From assembly GCF_009914755.1 (NCBI RefSeq), contig NC_060933.1: 64,000 nucleotides of DNA, one strand, 5' to 3'. The position numbers and the translations under genes were made by a program. Below the pieces are notes generated by a model. It did no database searches. It saw only the letters and a program-made list of their open reading frames with translations, and was not told where the DNA came from. Positions within the stretch are counted from its first letter, which is position 1. Each line of letters begins with the position of its first letter. Shown here one piece after another: positions 14,250 to 26,560 of this stretch. This DNA comes from the human T2T-CHM13v2.0 reference genome, Homo sapiens.

Positions 14250-14520
14250 GGCCAGGCATGGTCTTGAGTACATCTCAGAACTTTTGAAGGCCAAGGTGGA
14301 AGGATCACTTGAGGCCAGGAGATCAAGATCAGCCAGAGAAATATAGCAAGATTCCATCTCTACTAAAAATAAAAATAAATTAGCCAGCTGTGGTGGCATG
14401 CACCTGTAGTCCTAGCTACTTGGGAGAATGAGACATGAGGATTGCTTGAGCACAGGAGTTTGAGGCTGTAGTACTGTACTCCAGCATGGATGACAGAGCG
14501 AGGTTTTTCCCAAAAAAAAA
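14250..14520 (+). mobile_element. AluJ
   Basis: ggccaggcatgg...poly(A), with TSD TTCAGATTCA on both sides (14239-14248, 14521-14530). Confidence 0.92.
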
Positions 14521-17029
14521 TTCAGATTCATTTTGTAAAGAAAATTGAATGAATAACAGCAACTATCTGATTTACCAGTCAGATGTAGCAGATACCTGAA
14601 TATTTAAAAGGAGGAAGAAAACTTACTTTTTAGGTTATCAAATAATTTCTCAATGTGTAATTGAAAAGTCTAGAAAAAAACTGTACTCTTTTGAAGAAGC
14701 TGTTGCTGTTGAAACTGAGGTGCTTTCTTTAATTTCTCTAATATATCCTGAGAATCATGGCTTTCACCAGGTTACTGGTAAAACCCACACCCTCACCACA
14801 TATACCTTAAACAAATTTCTTGCAAAACTCTAACCTAACCAGGAATTGTTACAATGGGAAAACAAATCAGGTATATATATATATACCTGATTATAGGCCT
14901 TAGCAGTTAAGGTTAAACCTTGAAAAATGCTGACAAAAAAATGCCCTGGAGAGAATGCAGGGCCCATTTATAATTTTTTTCCTAAAAGAAAAAATTTTCT
15001 TTTACATTTCAAACTTTTAGTATTGTAACTAACAAAATAAAGTTCAAAGTCTAGGATTCTTCAAATTATTCTAACTTTAAATTCATTTAAAATTAATAAG
15101 GTGACTTTACTTCTAAATAACTGATATAAAAGTATTCTGGCAGCAAATCTAGCATGTTCCAGACATATGAAGGGCAAGGGGGAATTAGCTATACCAACCC
15201 CAATTAATACACAGACATAAAGAATAAGAACTCAATCACAGTAACTGAAAAAAATGGAGTAACTAACACTCACTGTGGCTTTTCAGAGCTGAAATACAAT
15301 CTACTTAACGCCTCATTTTTAAAAAAGTGTTTTCTAAAAAGGGGTTGGGGTAGGGGTTGATTATGTATAAAAAGTTAGAATGTCCTATTTTTCATGTACA
15401 GTATTATGAAAAACTTTGTGGTCCAATCAAGAATATAACTGTAGGAAAAAATAACATTCACTGAATGTGTTGGTATTGCCTTTGGGAATAGACAATTTAA
15501 TAGGATGTGCTCAAAGCTACTCCCTAAATTGATAGAAGCCATATGTGTCTCTGCCCTACATCTGTGGGGAGTGGTTTGCAGGAAGAAAGGAGTACAATTA
15601 TATATACATATATTCAAAATAAATAAATACATATATATATATTCAAATGAATGAATAAATATAATCTCTTATAAATTGGCAAAGACAACATTATGGCCCC
15701 TGGAAGGACTCAAAACCTATGGAGGGTTCCATGTATTAATGCCATTCATTGTACACTTGATCACTATCCATATCGCACAAAAAAGTACCAATGAGGGAAA
15801 AAACAATTACAATAGAAAATATTTTATTTATTTGTGCTTAAACAGTCATCTATAGTATTATTGAGGAGAAATACTGAAATAATTACAGATACTTTTAGAG
15901 TAAAAAAAGGCAGCTTATAGGAATGGCTAAGAAAAGAATTTATAAAATCAAAGATTTTTGAAGTGTCTTTACATTAGCAAGCCTGTATATGTATACATGT
16001 GTGTGTATACACATATATAGCATACGTAATTTTAATTTTTATATAATCTTTTTTATGGAAGAACACCACCAAAGACAGAATATAACTCTTTTAAATTTAG
16101 GAATACTAATAAAATACAACTGAATATCTCTATCAGGTATCAGAAACGATCCCCAGGGCAACTACAAAGTATAGAAAAACTGACAAAAAGGAGTTAGGTT
16201 TTTATTCTCTGCCCCACCAGCCCTGTCTTGCCTGCTGGAAGACCTCACACTCTCTTCCCTCTGCCTATCCAACTTCCCACACCCCCCAATATACAGACAC
16301 ACCACAGTACCTACACCAGGCTTGTCCTCCCACAAAATGCCCTATTTCCCAAAATTCCACTCCACTACCCTTCTAAATTCCCATTTCCTCTTCACATATG
16401 TTGTCTATAGGAATGAGGAAGAGGAAATCTACCCCTACATTATAAGGATTCAAGACAAACTGCAAATTGTTAATAAGCTTAAGCATCCAAAAGGATCCCA
16501 ATTTTTAGGAGACAAGTATTATACTAAACTAGCAATTAGTAGAAAATATGGAAGATATTTTGAATTCAGAGCTCTCTATTCTATAACCCCTTGCTTAAAA
16601 TGGGCCAAAATTAAAGCATTTCCTATTTTCCAAAATTCATAAAAACCCACTGAAAAGGGAAGGTGGGGGATGAGGGGAGAAGTAACTATCTTTTTTGAGT
16701 AAGCAGTATATACTTTTACATTTTTCCCATACTTAATCCTCAGAAAACTGGCAGTGGTAGATATTATTATCGCCTATTTATAATTGACTAAGCTGAGGCT
16801 GAAAAAGTTTATCTAGAGTAAACATCTCAAAGTCATCAACCTACTAATAATTCCATTAATTTAACATTTGTTGGTCTTCTATTATATGCCAGGCATCGTG
16901 CTGAAGACAGGGCCTTTACCTATAATGGGTTTCCAAGTGGGAGGTGACAGTATATATTTCCACATAATTTGGTAAATCCTATCATCAAATTATACACTAG
17001 CTATAATAAGAACAAATACAGCATCATGA

Positions 17030-17482
17030 TGGATTACAATGATGGCTGAATTCTCCCTGAATCCAAATCGTGGCCATGTGACTTTGCAGTACATATTCTG
17101 ACTCTGGAGTTAGCTGTATAATTTGTCTTGGTCAGCTTGTGATGTGAGCAAGACATGATGCAAACAGAGCTTAAAAAGCACTGGTGAGACTAGGCCTGCC
17201 TGCTCTCTTGATCCTTTGTCATCATGAGCGTATACCCAGACTACTCTACTAAAGAATAAGGCGCAAAGAACATGGCCAAGTCTCCCTAGTTATCCCCCCA
17301 GCCAAGGCCCATCTAGATCAGCCAAAAGCAAGCCAACCCCAACATGTGAGCAAAGCCAACCAAAATTAATAGAGCTGCTTAGGTGACCCACCCCAGATGT
17401 GTAAGCAGTAAACACTGCTGAACTTATTTGAGGATTTTTAGTTGTTTGCTATGCAGTATTATTGTAGAAAATAACTGATATA
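17030..17482 (+). mobile_element. Old MLT1-family LTR
   Basis: ggccatgtgactttg near the start and gttgtttgctatgcagtattattgtagaaaataactgatata at the end. Confidence 0.7.
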
Positions 17483-19020
17483 AGTATAATGATTAAAACC
17501 ACATGCTTTGGATTTAGGCTAACCAGGTCAAAATTGTCATTAGAACAGCAAATAGGCCATGTGAATTCAAGTCACCCATTTCATCACATGCACAACAACA
17601 AAGTCACCAACTCCTTATTCTGCACTGTGCTGGTAAATGATAGGATTTCAATGAACATTTATGGATAAATGAGTAAACATTGATTAACTGTTTTGCTAGA
17701 CTATAGGTTCCTTAAGAGTAGGAGGAAAGCCTTACTTATCTCTGTGCACCCAGCATACACTGTGATGAAAGAGACTTATAGAGAGATCAGTCAGTACTGG
17801 TTACATGAGAAAGTACTATGAATTTGGATTACCTTATTAAGATGGATGGGAAACCACTAAAGGGCTGTAAGGAAGCCAAACAACAAGATTTGTGTTTGAC
17901 AAGATTACTTTGGCTGCTCTATAGGGGTAAACGGACAGGAGGGGCCAGAACGGATGCACAGAAACCATCTAGGAGCCACCAAGGCTGTCTGTGCAGAGAT
18001 GGATGTAACCTTGGATTAGAAAAAGAAAGCACACAGATTCAAGATATATTTGGAAAGCAGAAGAGAAAAATTTGCTTGAGGCTTGAGGGCCTAAGAAAAT
18101 GGAAGAACCAAGGAAAAAAACAGTTTTCTGCTCTATGCTCCTACATGAGCAGTGGTGACTTTCACTGATAGGGAGCTCAAAAACACAACAGATACTTTAA
18201 AAATGCAGACTCAGAGAGACTCTGAGTTAATCCTAGTCTAAGGCCACCACTGGGAACATCTATTCAAAGAATCTGTGACATCAATTTATGTGAAGAATGA
18301 TATTCCTTGAACACTAAATCATTCCCTGTTGCACTAGAAAACTTCATTTGCCTTATGTAGCTGAAGTGACCTGAAGGAAGGCTCTGCTGAACCTTTGCTA
18401 GATGGCAAAATACAGCCCCACTGTGGAAACTTCTTGAACTATATTGAACCTTCTAAGGAAACTGAGCCTAAGAAGGAAAGAGTATACATGCCTAATTTAA
18501 AATCAGCTTTAGAGACTGAGGATGAGTTCTTTCCTGCTTCACGAATTTTCCATGAATCTAAAAATTGAACTAGACTTTAGAACATGTACCTTATCACATT
18601 AGTTAATTCAAATGTTTATTCTCTACTAGAGCCATTTCTGTCTTTAAGTATGAGCCATTCTACTTTCTCTGGATTTCATGGCCATGGACTGCCACCCAAA
18701 TCCTAGTCAGTCACCTAAAAAATGTGTGCTATTGACATTAAAGGAACGAGGGTGGTGAAAGTAGGGAGAGATCCATGCAAACCCATCAACACTTCTGGAA
18801 AGAAACCAAAGCATTCTGAAAGTGGGTGAACAACGTTTTCATGTGTGGAAATGTAGAGAATTTGGGACCATTATGAGTGACACGAGGAGCTCAGTGACTT
18901 ACCAGTATTTATATGGTGCTTCCTAAGGCCCAGGCAAGCACTTTTTCATCAAAAAAAGACATTTCAAAAGGACTTTTTCATTACTGTATAGCCACCACCC
19001 ATAAAGATTTAGTACAGTGC

Positions 19021-19414
19021 TGCTTTAGTTTGAAAAATGGTGCCCCTCCAAAATTTATGTTAAGACAATCCCCAACGCAACAGGATTAAGAGGCGTGGCC
19101 TCTGAAAAGTGATTAGGTCATGAGGATTCCACCCTCGTGGATGAGATTCGAATCCTTATAAAAGGGCTGGAGGTTGAAGGGAGCACTCTCTTGCCCTTCC
19201 ACCTTCTGGCCATGTGACTACACAGTGTCCATCCTCTCAGAGAGAGGCAGCAAAAAGGCACCATCTTTGAAGTGAAGACCTGGCTCTCAGCAAACACAAA
19301 ACCTGCCAGTGCCTTGATCTCCCTGCCTCCAGTACTGTGAAAAATAAATTTCTCTTATTTATAAATTACCTAGCCTGTGGTATTTTGTTATAGCAGCACA
19401 AATGGACTATGACA
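19021..19414 (+). mobile_element. MST-family (MaLR) solo LTR
   Basis: tgctttagtttgaa...cccctccaaaatttatgtt...ttttgttatagcagcacaaatggactatgaca. Confidence 0.85.
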
Positions 19415-21808
19415 TGTGCATATCTTTAAAAAATAAAATATTTGTAATGGTTGATTTACACATTAAATTCATATTCTATATCCTCCAAAGTCTGAACCAA
19501 AGGTAAGATGTATTTAGAATACATTGTCAAGAGCTGTACATCTATTCTTTTATTAAATCCTAACTCCAAACTGAAAAGCTGTTGAAGAATTTTTTTCCAT
19601 TTTATACTATATAGCTGAGAAAACTAAACCTCAGAAAGGTTAAGTCATTAGTTCACAATCACAGTGCTAGTTAATGTTAGAATCTGAATTCAGCATGTCT
19701 TCCCTCAGAGTCTGCATTCTATCTGTGCCCCCAAACTAACTTCCAACATTACCACCCTTATTTTCTACGGACCAATGGGGCTTTTCTTTGGGGCTGGAAT
19801 CATCTCCTCACTACCCCCTGGCATACTATTCCCACTTTGTTCCTGCCATTTCTTCTGCCCCTGAAATATTCCTCAAATGGTCATTCTGCTTCATCATTCC
19901 AAAAGGAAGCATTCTGAGCTCAAAACAAAACAAAACTAAACAATGATTCACCATGTTGATTCACAACAAAACTATAAATGACTCCGTTTTCTGGTTTGTC
20001 AATAAGCTTCAGAATACTGTCGAAACACATAAAATACAAAACATTTATATTATCAGGCTAATGGTTGCCTGTGACCCAACTAAGACCAAAGTCAGACATA
20101 ATGCACACATTTCAGAGGAATTTCCCAACTAATCCAAAAGTCAAGGGCTTCCAGATATTTCCATCACCCACAAGTGGCATTCCCTTAGAATGCTAAGTCT
20201 TGAGCCCTTTCCAAGTGTTGTTCCCTAACTCTGTAACACTCCCTGAACATGCCGCTTGGTCTACCTGGCAAACCAGAATTAATCCTTTAAGACAATGGTT
20301 AGGTAGTGCCCCCTTCTTTGCTTGTGTCTCTCCACTTCCACCACACACCTTGATGTAGAGTCCCTATTCTCACTGTACACATACCTCTCCCACTAGCTTT
20401 TGAGCTCTTTGTGGGCATGGACATGTCTTCTTAAACTTTTTATCCCAAGGCCCACCAAAGAATCTGCACATACATTAAGCCCAATAAATGCTGAATGGGC
20501 ACGCTCATGACCTACAGATATTGACACTGTGATTGAAAAACTTCTGGATTCAGGAATGGGGTGTGTTTATTTTTATAATATCCAGCCAAATATCAAAGGT
20601 CTAGAGAAGCTTCTACAGGCATATCTTGGAGATATTGTGGGTCTGTTCCAGACCACCACAATAAAGTGAATATCACAATACAGCAAGTGACACAAATTTG
20701 CTTTCCAGTGCATATAGAAGTTATATTACACTGTAGTCTATAAACTGTGCACTAGCATTATGTCTAAATAAAAGTACATATCTTATTTTTAAAATATTGC
20801 TAAAAAACGCTAATGATCAGCTGAGCCTCCAGCAAGTTGTAACCTTTTTACTGGTGGAAGGTCTTATCTTGATCTTGATGGCTACTGGCTGATCATACAG
20901 TGGTGTCAGCTGAAGGCTGGGGCGACTCTGGCAATTTTTTTTTTCTCACTTTTTTTTTTAACATTTATTTTAAGCTCAGGAGTATATGTGCAGCTTTGTT
21001 ATATTGGTAAACTTGTGTCATGGGGGTTTGTTGTACATATTATTTAGTCACCAAAGTATTAAGCCTCGTACTCATTAGTTATGTTTCCTGATCTTCTCCC
21101 TCCTCCCAACCTTCACCCTCTTGTAAGCCCCAGTGTCTGTTGTTCCCTTCTATGTGTCCATGTGTTCTCATCATTTAGCTCCCACTTATAAGTGAAAATA
21201 CCTGGTATTTGGTTTTCTGTTCATGTGTCAGTTTGCTAAGGATAAATGGCCTCCAGCTCCATCCATGTTCCTACGTGTTCTTTTTTATGGCTACATAGTA
21301 TTCCAGGATTTAGCTGTATCACTTTTTCTTTATCCAGTCTATCAGTGATGTACATTTTGGTTAATTCCATGTCTTTGTTATTGTGAATAGTGCCACAATG
21401 AACATACACGTGCATGTGTCTTTATGACAGAATGACTTATATTCCTGTATAACAGCATGGTTTATATTCCTTTATGACAGAATGATTTATATCCTAGTAA
21501 TGGGATTGCTGGGTTGAATGGTATTTCTGTTTTTAGGTTTTTGAGGTATCTGTCTTCCACAATGGTTGAACAAATTTACATTTCTACCAACAGTGAATAA
21601 GCATTCCTTTTTCTCCACAACCTTGCCAGCATCTGCTATTTCTTGAATTTTTAATAAAAGCCATTCTGACTGGTGTGAGACAGTATCTCACTGTTTTGAT
21701 TTGCATTTCTCTAATGATCAGTGATGTTCAGCTTTTTTTCATATGCCTGTTGGCTGTGTGTATGTCTCCTTTTGAAAAGTGTCTGTTCACATCATTCACC
21801 CACTTTTT

Positions 21809-22145
21809 TTTTTTGTTACAGGGCACATGTGAAGGATGCACAGGTTTGTTATGTAAATGTGTGTCGTGGTGGTTTGCTGCACCTATCAACCCATCTTCTA
21901 AGTATTAAGCTTAGCATGCATTAGCTATTTTTCCTGATGGCTCCCTCCTCCTGACCTCACCTTGACAGCCCCCAGTGTGTGTTGTTCCCCTCCATTTCCA
22001 TGCATTCTCCTTGTTCAGCTCCCATTTATGATAAGATCATGTGGTGTTTGGTTTTCTGTTCCTGCGTTACTTTGCTGAGGATAATGGCTTCCAGCTCCAT
22101 CCATGTCCCTGCAAAGGACAGGAACTCATTCCTTTTTATCCTGTG
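21809..22145 (-). mobile_element. 5'-truncated L1PA (approx. PA8-10) 3'UTR fragment nested in the older L1
   Basis: A second poly-T plus L1 3'UTR interrupts ORF2 of the host. Flanking repeat CCCACTTTTT at 21799-21808 and 22146-22155. Confidence 0.85.
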
Positions 22146-24487
22146 CCCACTTTTTAATGGGGTTTTTTTTTCTTGTAAATTGGTTTAAGTTTCTCATAGA
22201 TGCTGGATATTACACCTTTCTCAGAAGCATAGTTTGCAAAATTTTTCTCCCTTTCTGTAGGTTGTCTGTTTACTCTGTTGATAGTTTCTTTTGCTGCACA
22301 GAAACTCTTTAATTAGATCCCATTTGCCAATTTTTGCTTTTGTTGAAATTGCTTTTGGTGTCTTCATCATAAAATCTTTGCCTATGTCCAGAATGGAATT
22401 GCTTAGGTTGTCTTACAGGGTTTTTATAGGTTTGGGTTTTACATTTAGTCTTTAATCCATCTTTAGGTGATTTCTGTATATGGTATAAGGAAGGGGTCCA
22501 GTTTCAGTCTTCTGCATATGGCTAGCCAGTTATCCCAGCACCATTTATTGAATATGGAGTCCTTTCCCCATTGCTTATTCTTGTCAATTTCATCAAAGGT
22601 CAGATAGTTGTAGGTGCAAGGCCTTATTTCTGGGCTCTCTATTCTGTTCCAATGGTTTATGTGTCTGTTTTTGTACCAGCACCATGCTGTTTTGGTTATT
22701 ATAGCCCTAGAGTATGGTCTGAAGTCAGGTAGCATGATGCCCTGAGCTTTGTTCTTTTCGCTTAGGATCTTCTTGCGTTTTGGGCTCTTTTTTGGTTCCA
22801 TATGAATTTTTACATAGTTTTTTTTCTAGTTCTGTGAAGAACGTCATTGGTCATTTGATAGGAATAACACTGAATCTATAAATTGCTTTGAGCAGTATGG
22901 CCATTTTGACAATATTGATTCTTCCTATCCGTTAGCATGGAATATTTTTCCATTTGTTTCTGTTACCTCTGATTTCTTTGAAAAGTGTTTTGTAGTCCTC
23001 CTTGAAGAGAGCTTTCACCACCCTGGTTAGCTGTATTCCTAGGTACTTTATTCTTTTGTAGCAATTGTGAACGGGATTGTGCTCTTGATTTGGCTCTTGG
23101 CCAAACTGGTATAAAGCATTTCTAGTTTAGTTACTGTCGTTGGTCTAAAGTAATGCTAGTGATTTTTGTACCCTGATTTTGTATCCTTGGACTCTGAAGT
23201 TGTTTATCAGCTGAAGGAGCTTTTGAACCAAGAATATGAGGTTTTCTAGATTTAGGATCATGTTGTCTGCAAACAGAAATAGTTTGACTTCCTCTCTTCC
23301 TATTTGGATGCCCTTTATTTCTCTTGCCTATTGCTCTGGACAGGACATCCAATACTATGTTGAATAGGAGGTGTGAGAGACAGCATCCTTGTCTTGTGTC
23401 CGTTTTCAAGAGAGATGGTTCCAGCTTTTGCCCACTCAGTATGATGTTGGCTGTGGGTTTGCTATAGATGGCTCTCATTATTTTGAGGTGTGTTCCTTCA
23501 ATACCTAGTTTATTGAAAGATTTTAACATGCAGGGGTGTTGAATTTTATCAAAAGCCTTTTCTGTATCTACTGAGATAATCATATGGTTTTTGTCTTTAG
23601 CTCCATTTATGTGATGAATCACATTTATTGAATTGTGTATGTTGAACCAACTTGTATACCAGGGATAAAGCCTACTTGATTGTGGTGGATAAGCTTTTTG
23701 ATGTGCTGCTGGATTTGGTTTACCAGTATTTTGTTGAGGATTTTTGCACTGATATTCATCAAGGATACTGGCCTCAAGTTTTTTTGTTGTTGTTGTGTCT
23801 CTGCCAGGTTTTGTTATCAGAATGATGTTGGCCTCATAGGATGAGTTAGGGAGGAGTCCCTCCTCAATTTTTGCAATAGTTTCAGTAGGAATGGTATTAG
23901 CTCTTCTTTGTACATATGGTAGAATTTGGCTCTAGTTCTGTTTGGTTGGTAGGCTATTTATTACTAATTCAATTTTGGAGCTCATTATTGGTCTGTTCGG
24001 GGTTTCAATTTCTTCTTGGCTCAGTCTTGGGAGGATGTATGTCTCCAGGAATTTATCCATTTCTTTGAGATTTTCCAGTTTATGTGCATAATGTTCTCTG
24101 ATGGTTATCTGTATTTCTGTAGGGTCAGCAGTAATATCCTCTTTGACATTTCTAATTGTGTTTATTTGGATCTTCTAGTTTTTCTTATTAGTCTAGCTAG
24201 CAGTCTACCTATTTTAGTAATTTTTTCAAAAACCCACTCCTGAATTCATTGATATTTTGAATGTTTTTTTTCATGTCTCAATCTCAGTTCAGCTCTGATT
24301 TTGGGTATTTCTTGTCTTCTGCTAACTTTGAGGTTTGTTTGCTATTGGTTCTCTAGTCCTTTTGGTTGTGATGTCAGCTTGTTAAACTGAGGTATTTCTA
24401 ACTTTTGATGTGAGCATTTAGTGCTATAAATTTCCTGCTTAACACTGCCTTAGCTGTGTCCCACAGATTCTGGTATGTTGCATCTTT

Positions 24488-24543
24488 TTTTTTTTCTCAC
24501 ATGCTCAGCTGTCCAAGGTTGGCTTCCCCACTGCACACTCGAG
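24488..24543 (-). pseudogene. 5'-truncated retrocopy of box C/D snoRNA SNORD55 (U55/U39)
   Basis: Minus strand CTCGAGTGTGCAGTGGGGAAGCCAACCTTGGACAGCTGAGCATGTGAG(A)n resembles the recalled U55 3' half CCCGAGTGCGCGGTGGGGAAGCCAACCTTGGAGAGCTGAGC. Perfect 17-bp TSD TGGTATGTTGCATCTTT at 24471-24487 and 24544-24560. Confidence 0.88.
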
Positions 24544-25337
24544 TGGTATGTTGCATCTTTGTTCTCAATAGTTTCAAAGAACTTGATTTCTGCCTTAATT
24601 TTACTATTTACCCAAAAGTCATTCAGGAGTAGGTTATTCTATTTCCATTTAAATATATGGTTTTAAGTGGATTTCTTAGTCTTGTTTTCTAATTTGATTG
24701 TGGTGTGGTCTGAGAGGGTGGTTATTATAATGAGCCTAGTACTCATTATACAGCATTTGGTGAGGAATGTTTTGTGTCCGATTATGTCATTGATTTTAGA
24801 GTATGTACCATGTGGCAGTGAGAATAATGTATACTCTGTTGCTTTTGGATGGAGATGTCTGCAGATGTCTATCAGGTACATCTGGTCCAGTGCTGAGTTC
24901 AGGTCCTGAATATCCTTGTTAATTTTCTGCCTTGATGATCTGTCTAATATTGTCAGTGTGGTGTTGAAGTCTCTCACTATTATTTTGTGGTTATCTAAGT
25001 CTCTTCATAGGTCTCTAAGAACTTGCTTTATGAATCTGGATGCTCCTCTGTTGGGTGCATATATATTTAGATTAGTTAGGTCTTCTTGTTGAATTGAAGC
25101 CTTTACCATTATGTGATATCCTTTTTGTAATCTTTGCTGGTTTAAAGTCTCTTTTGTCTGAAATTAGGATTTTTCTGTTTTCTGTTTGCTTGGTAGATTT
25201 TTCTCTGGCCCTTTATTTTGGGCCTATGGGTCTCACTGCATGTGAGATGGGTCTCTTGAAGACAACGTACCAATGAGTCTTGGTTCCTAATCCAGCTTGC
25301 CACTATGTGCCTCTTAATTGGGGCATTTCACCCATTT

Positions 25338-26560
25338 TTTAAAATCTTTTTTGTGTTAAATATTTCTTATAATTCCTTTTATTTTTTACTTTTAACTTCA
25401 GAAGTACACGGGCAGGTTTGTTACATAGGTAAACTTGTATCACGGGGGTTTGTTGTACAGATTATTTCATCACACCGGTATTAAGCTAGTATTCATTAGT
25501 TATTTTTCCTGATCCTCTATTTTCGCATACCCTCCATCCTCCAGTAGGTCCAAGTGTGACTTGTTCCCCTCTATGTGTCCATGTGTTCTCACCATTCAGC
25601 TCCAATTTATAAGTGAGAATATGCAGTATTTGGTTTTCTGTTCTTGTGTTAGTTTGCTAAAAATAATGGTCTCAGCTCCATCCACATTTTTGCAAAGGAC
25701 ATGATTTCATTCTTTTTTATGGCTGCACAGTATTCCATGGTGTATATGTACATTTTCTCTATCGAGTCTATTATTGATGGACATTTAGGTTGATTCCATG
25801 TCTTTGCTATTGCGAATAGTGCTGCAATGAACATACATATGCCTGTGTCTTTATGACAGAATTATTTATCTTCCTTCCAGTATATACCTGGTAATGGGAT
25901 TGCTGGGTCAAATGGTATTTGGTTTTAGGTCTTTGAGGAATCACCACACTCTCTTCCACAATGGTTGAACTAATTTATACACCCATCAACAGTGTATATG
26001 CATCCCTTTGTCTCCACAACCTTGCCAGCATCTGTTATTTTTTTGACATTTTAATAATAGTCATTCTGATTGAGAATTATATCTCACTGTGGTTTTGATT
26101 TGCATTTTTCTAATGATCAGTGATGTTCAGCATTTTTCATGATTGTGGGCTATATGTATGTCTCGTTTTGAAAAGTGTTTGTTCATGTCCTTTGCCCACT
26201 TTTTAATGGGGTTGTTTTTTTCTTGCAAATTTGTTTAAGTTCCTTATAGATGCTGGATATTAGACCGCTGTCAAATGCATAGTTTACAGAAATTTTCTCC
26301 CATTGTGTAGGTTGTCTGTTTACTCTGTTGATAGTTTCTTGTGCTGTGCAGAAGCTCTTTCATTTTATTAGATCCCATCTGTGAATTTTTTATTTTGTTG
26401 CAACTGCTTTTGGCATGAAATCTTTGCCCATGCCTATGTCCTGAATGGTACTGCCTAGGTTGTCTTCCGGGGTTTTTACAGTTTTTGATTTTACATTTAA
26501 TCCATCTTAACTTTTCTATATGGTATAAGGAGGGGGGTCCAGTTTTAACCTTCTGCAAAC
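25338..26560 (-). mobile_element. 5'-truncated L1PA (~1.2 kb 3' end) nested in the older L1
   Basis: T-rich tail, 3'UTR and ORF2 C-terminus ([19 protein letters not shown]). TSD GCATTTCACCCATTT at 25323-25337 and GCATTTAGCCCATTT at 26561-26575. Confidence 0.88.
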
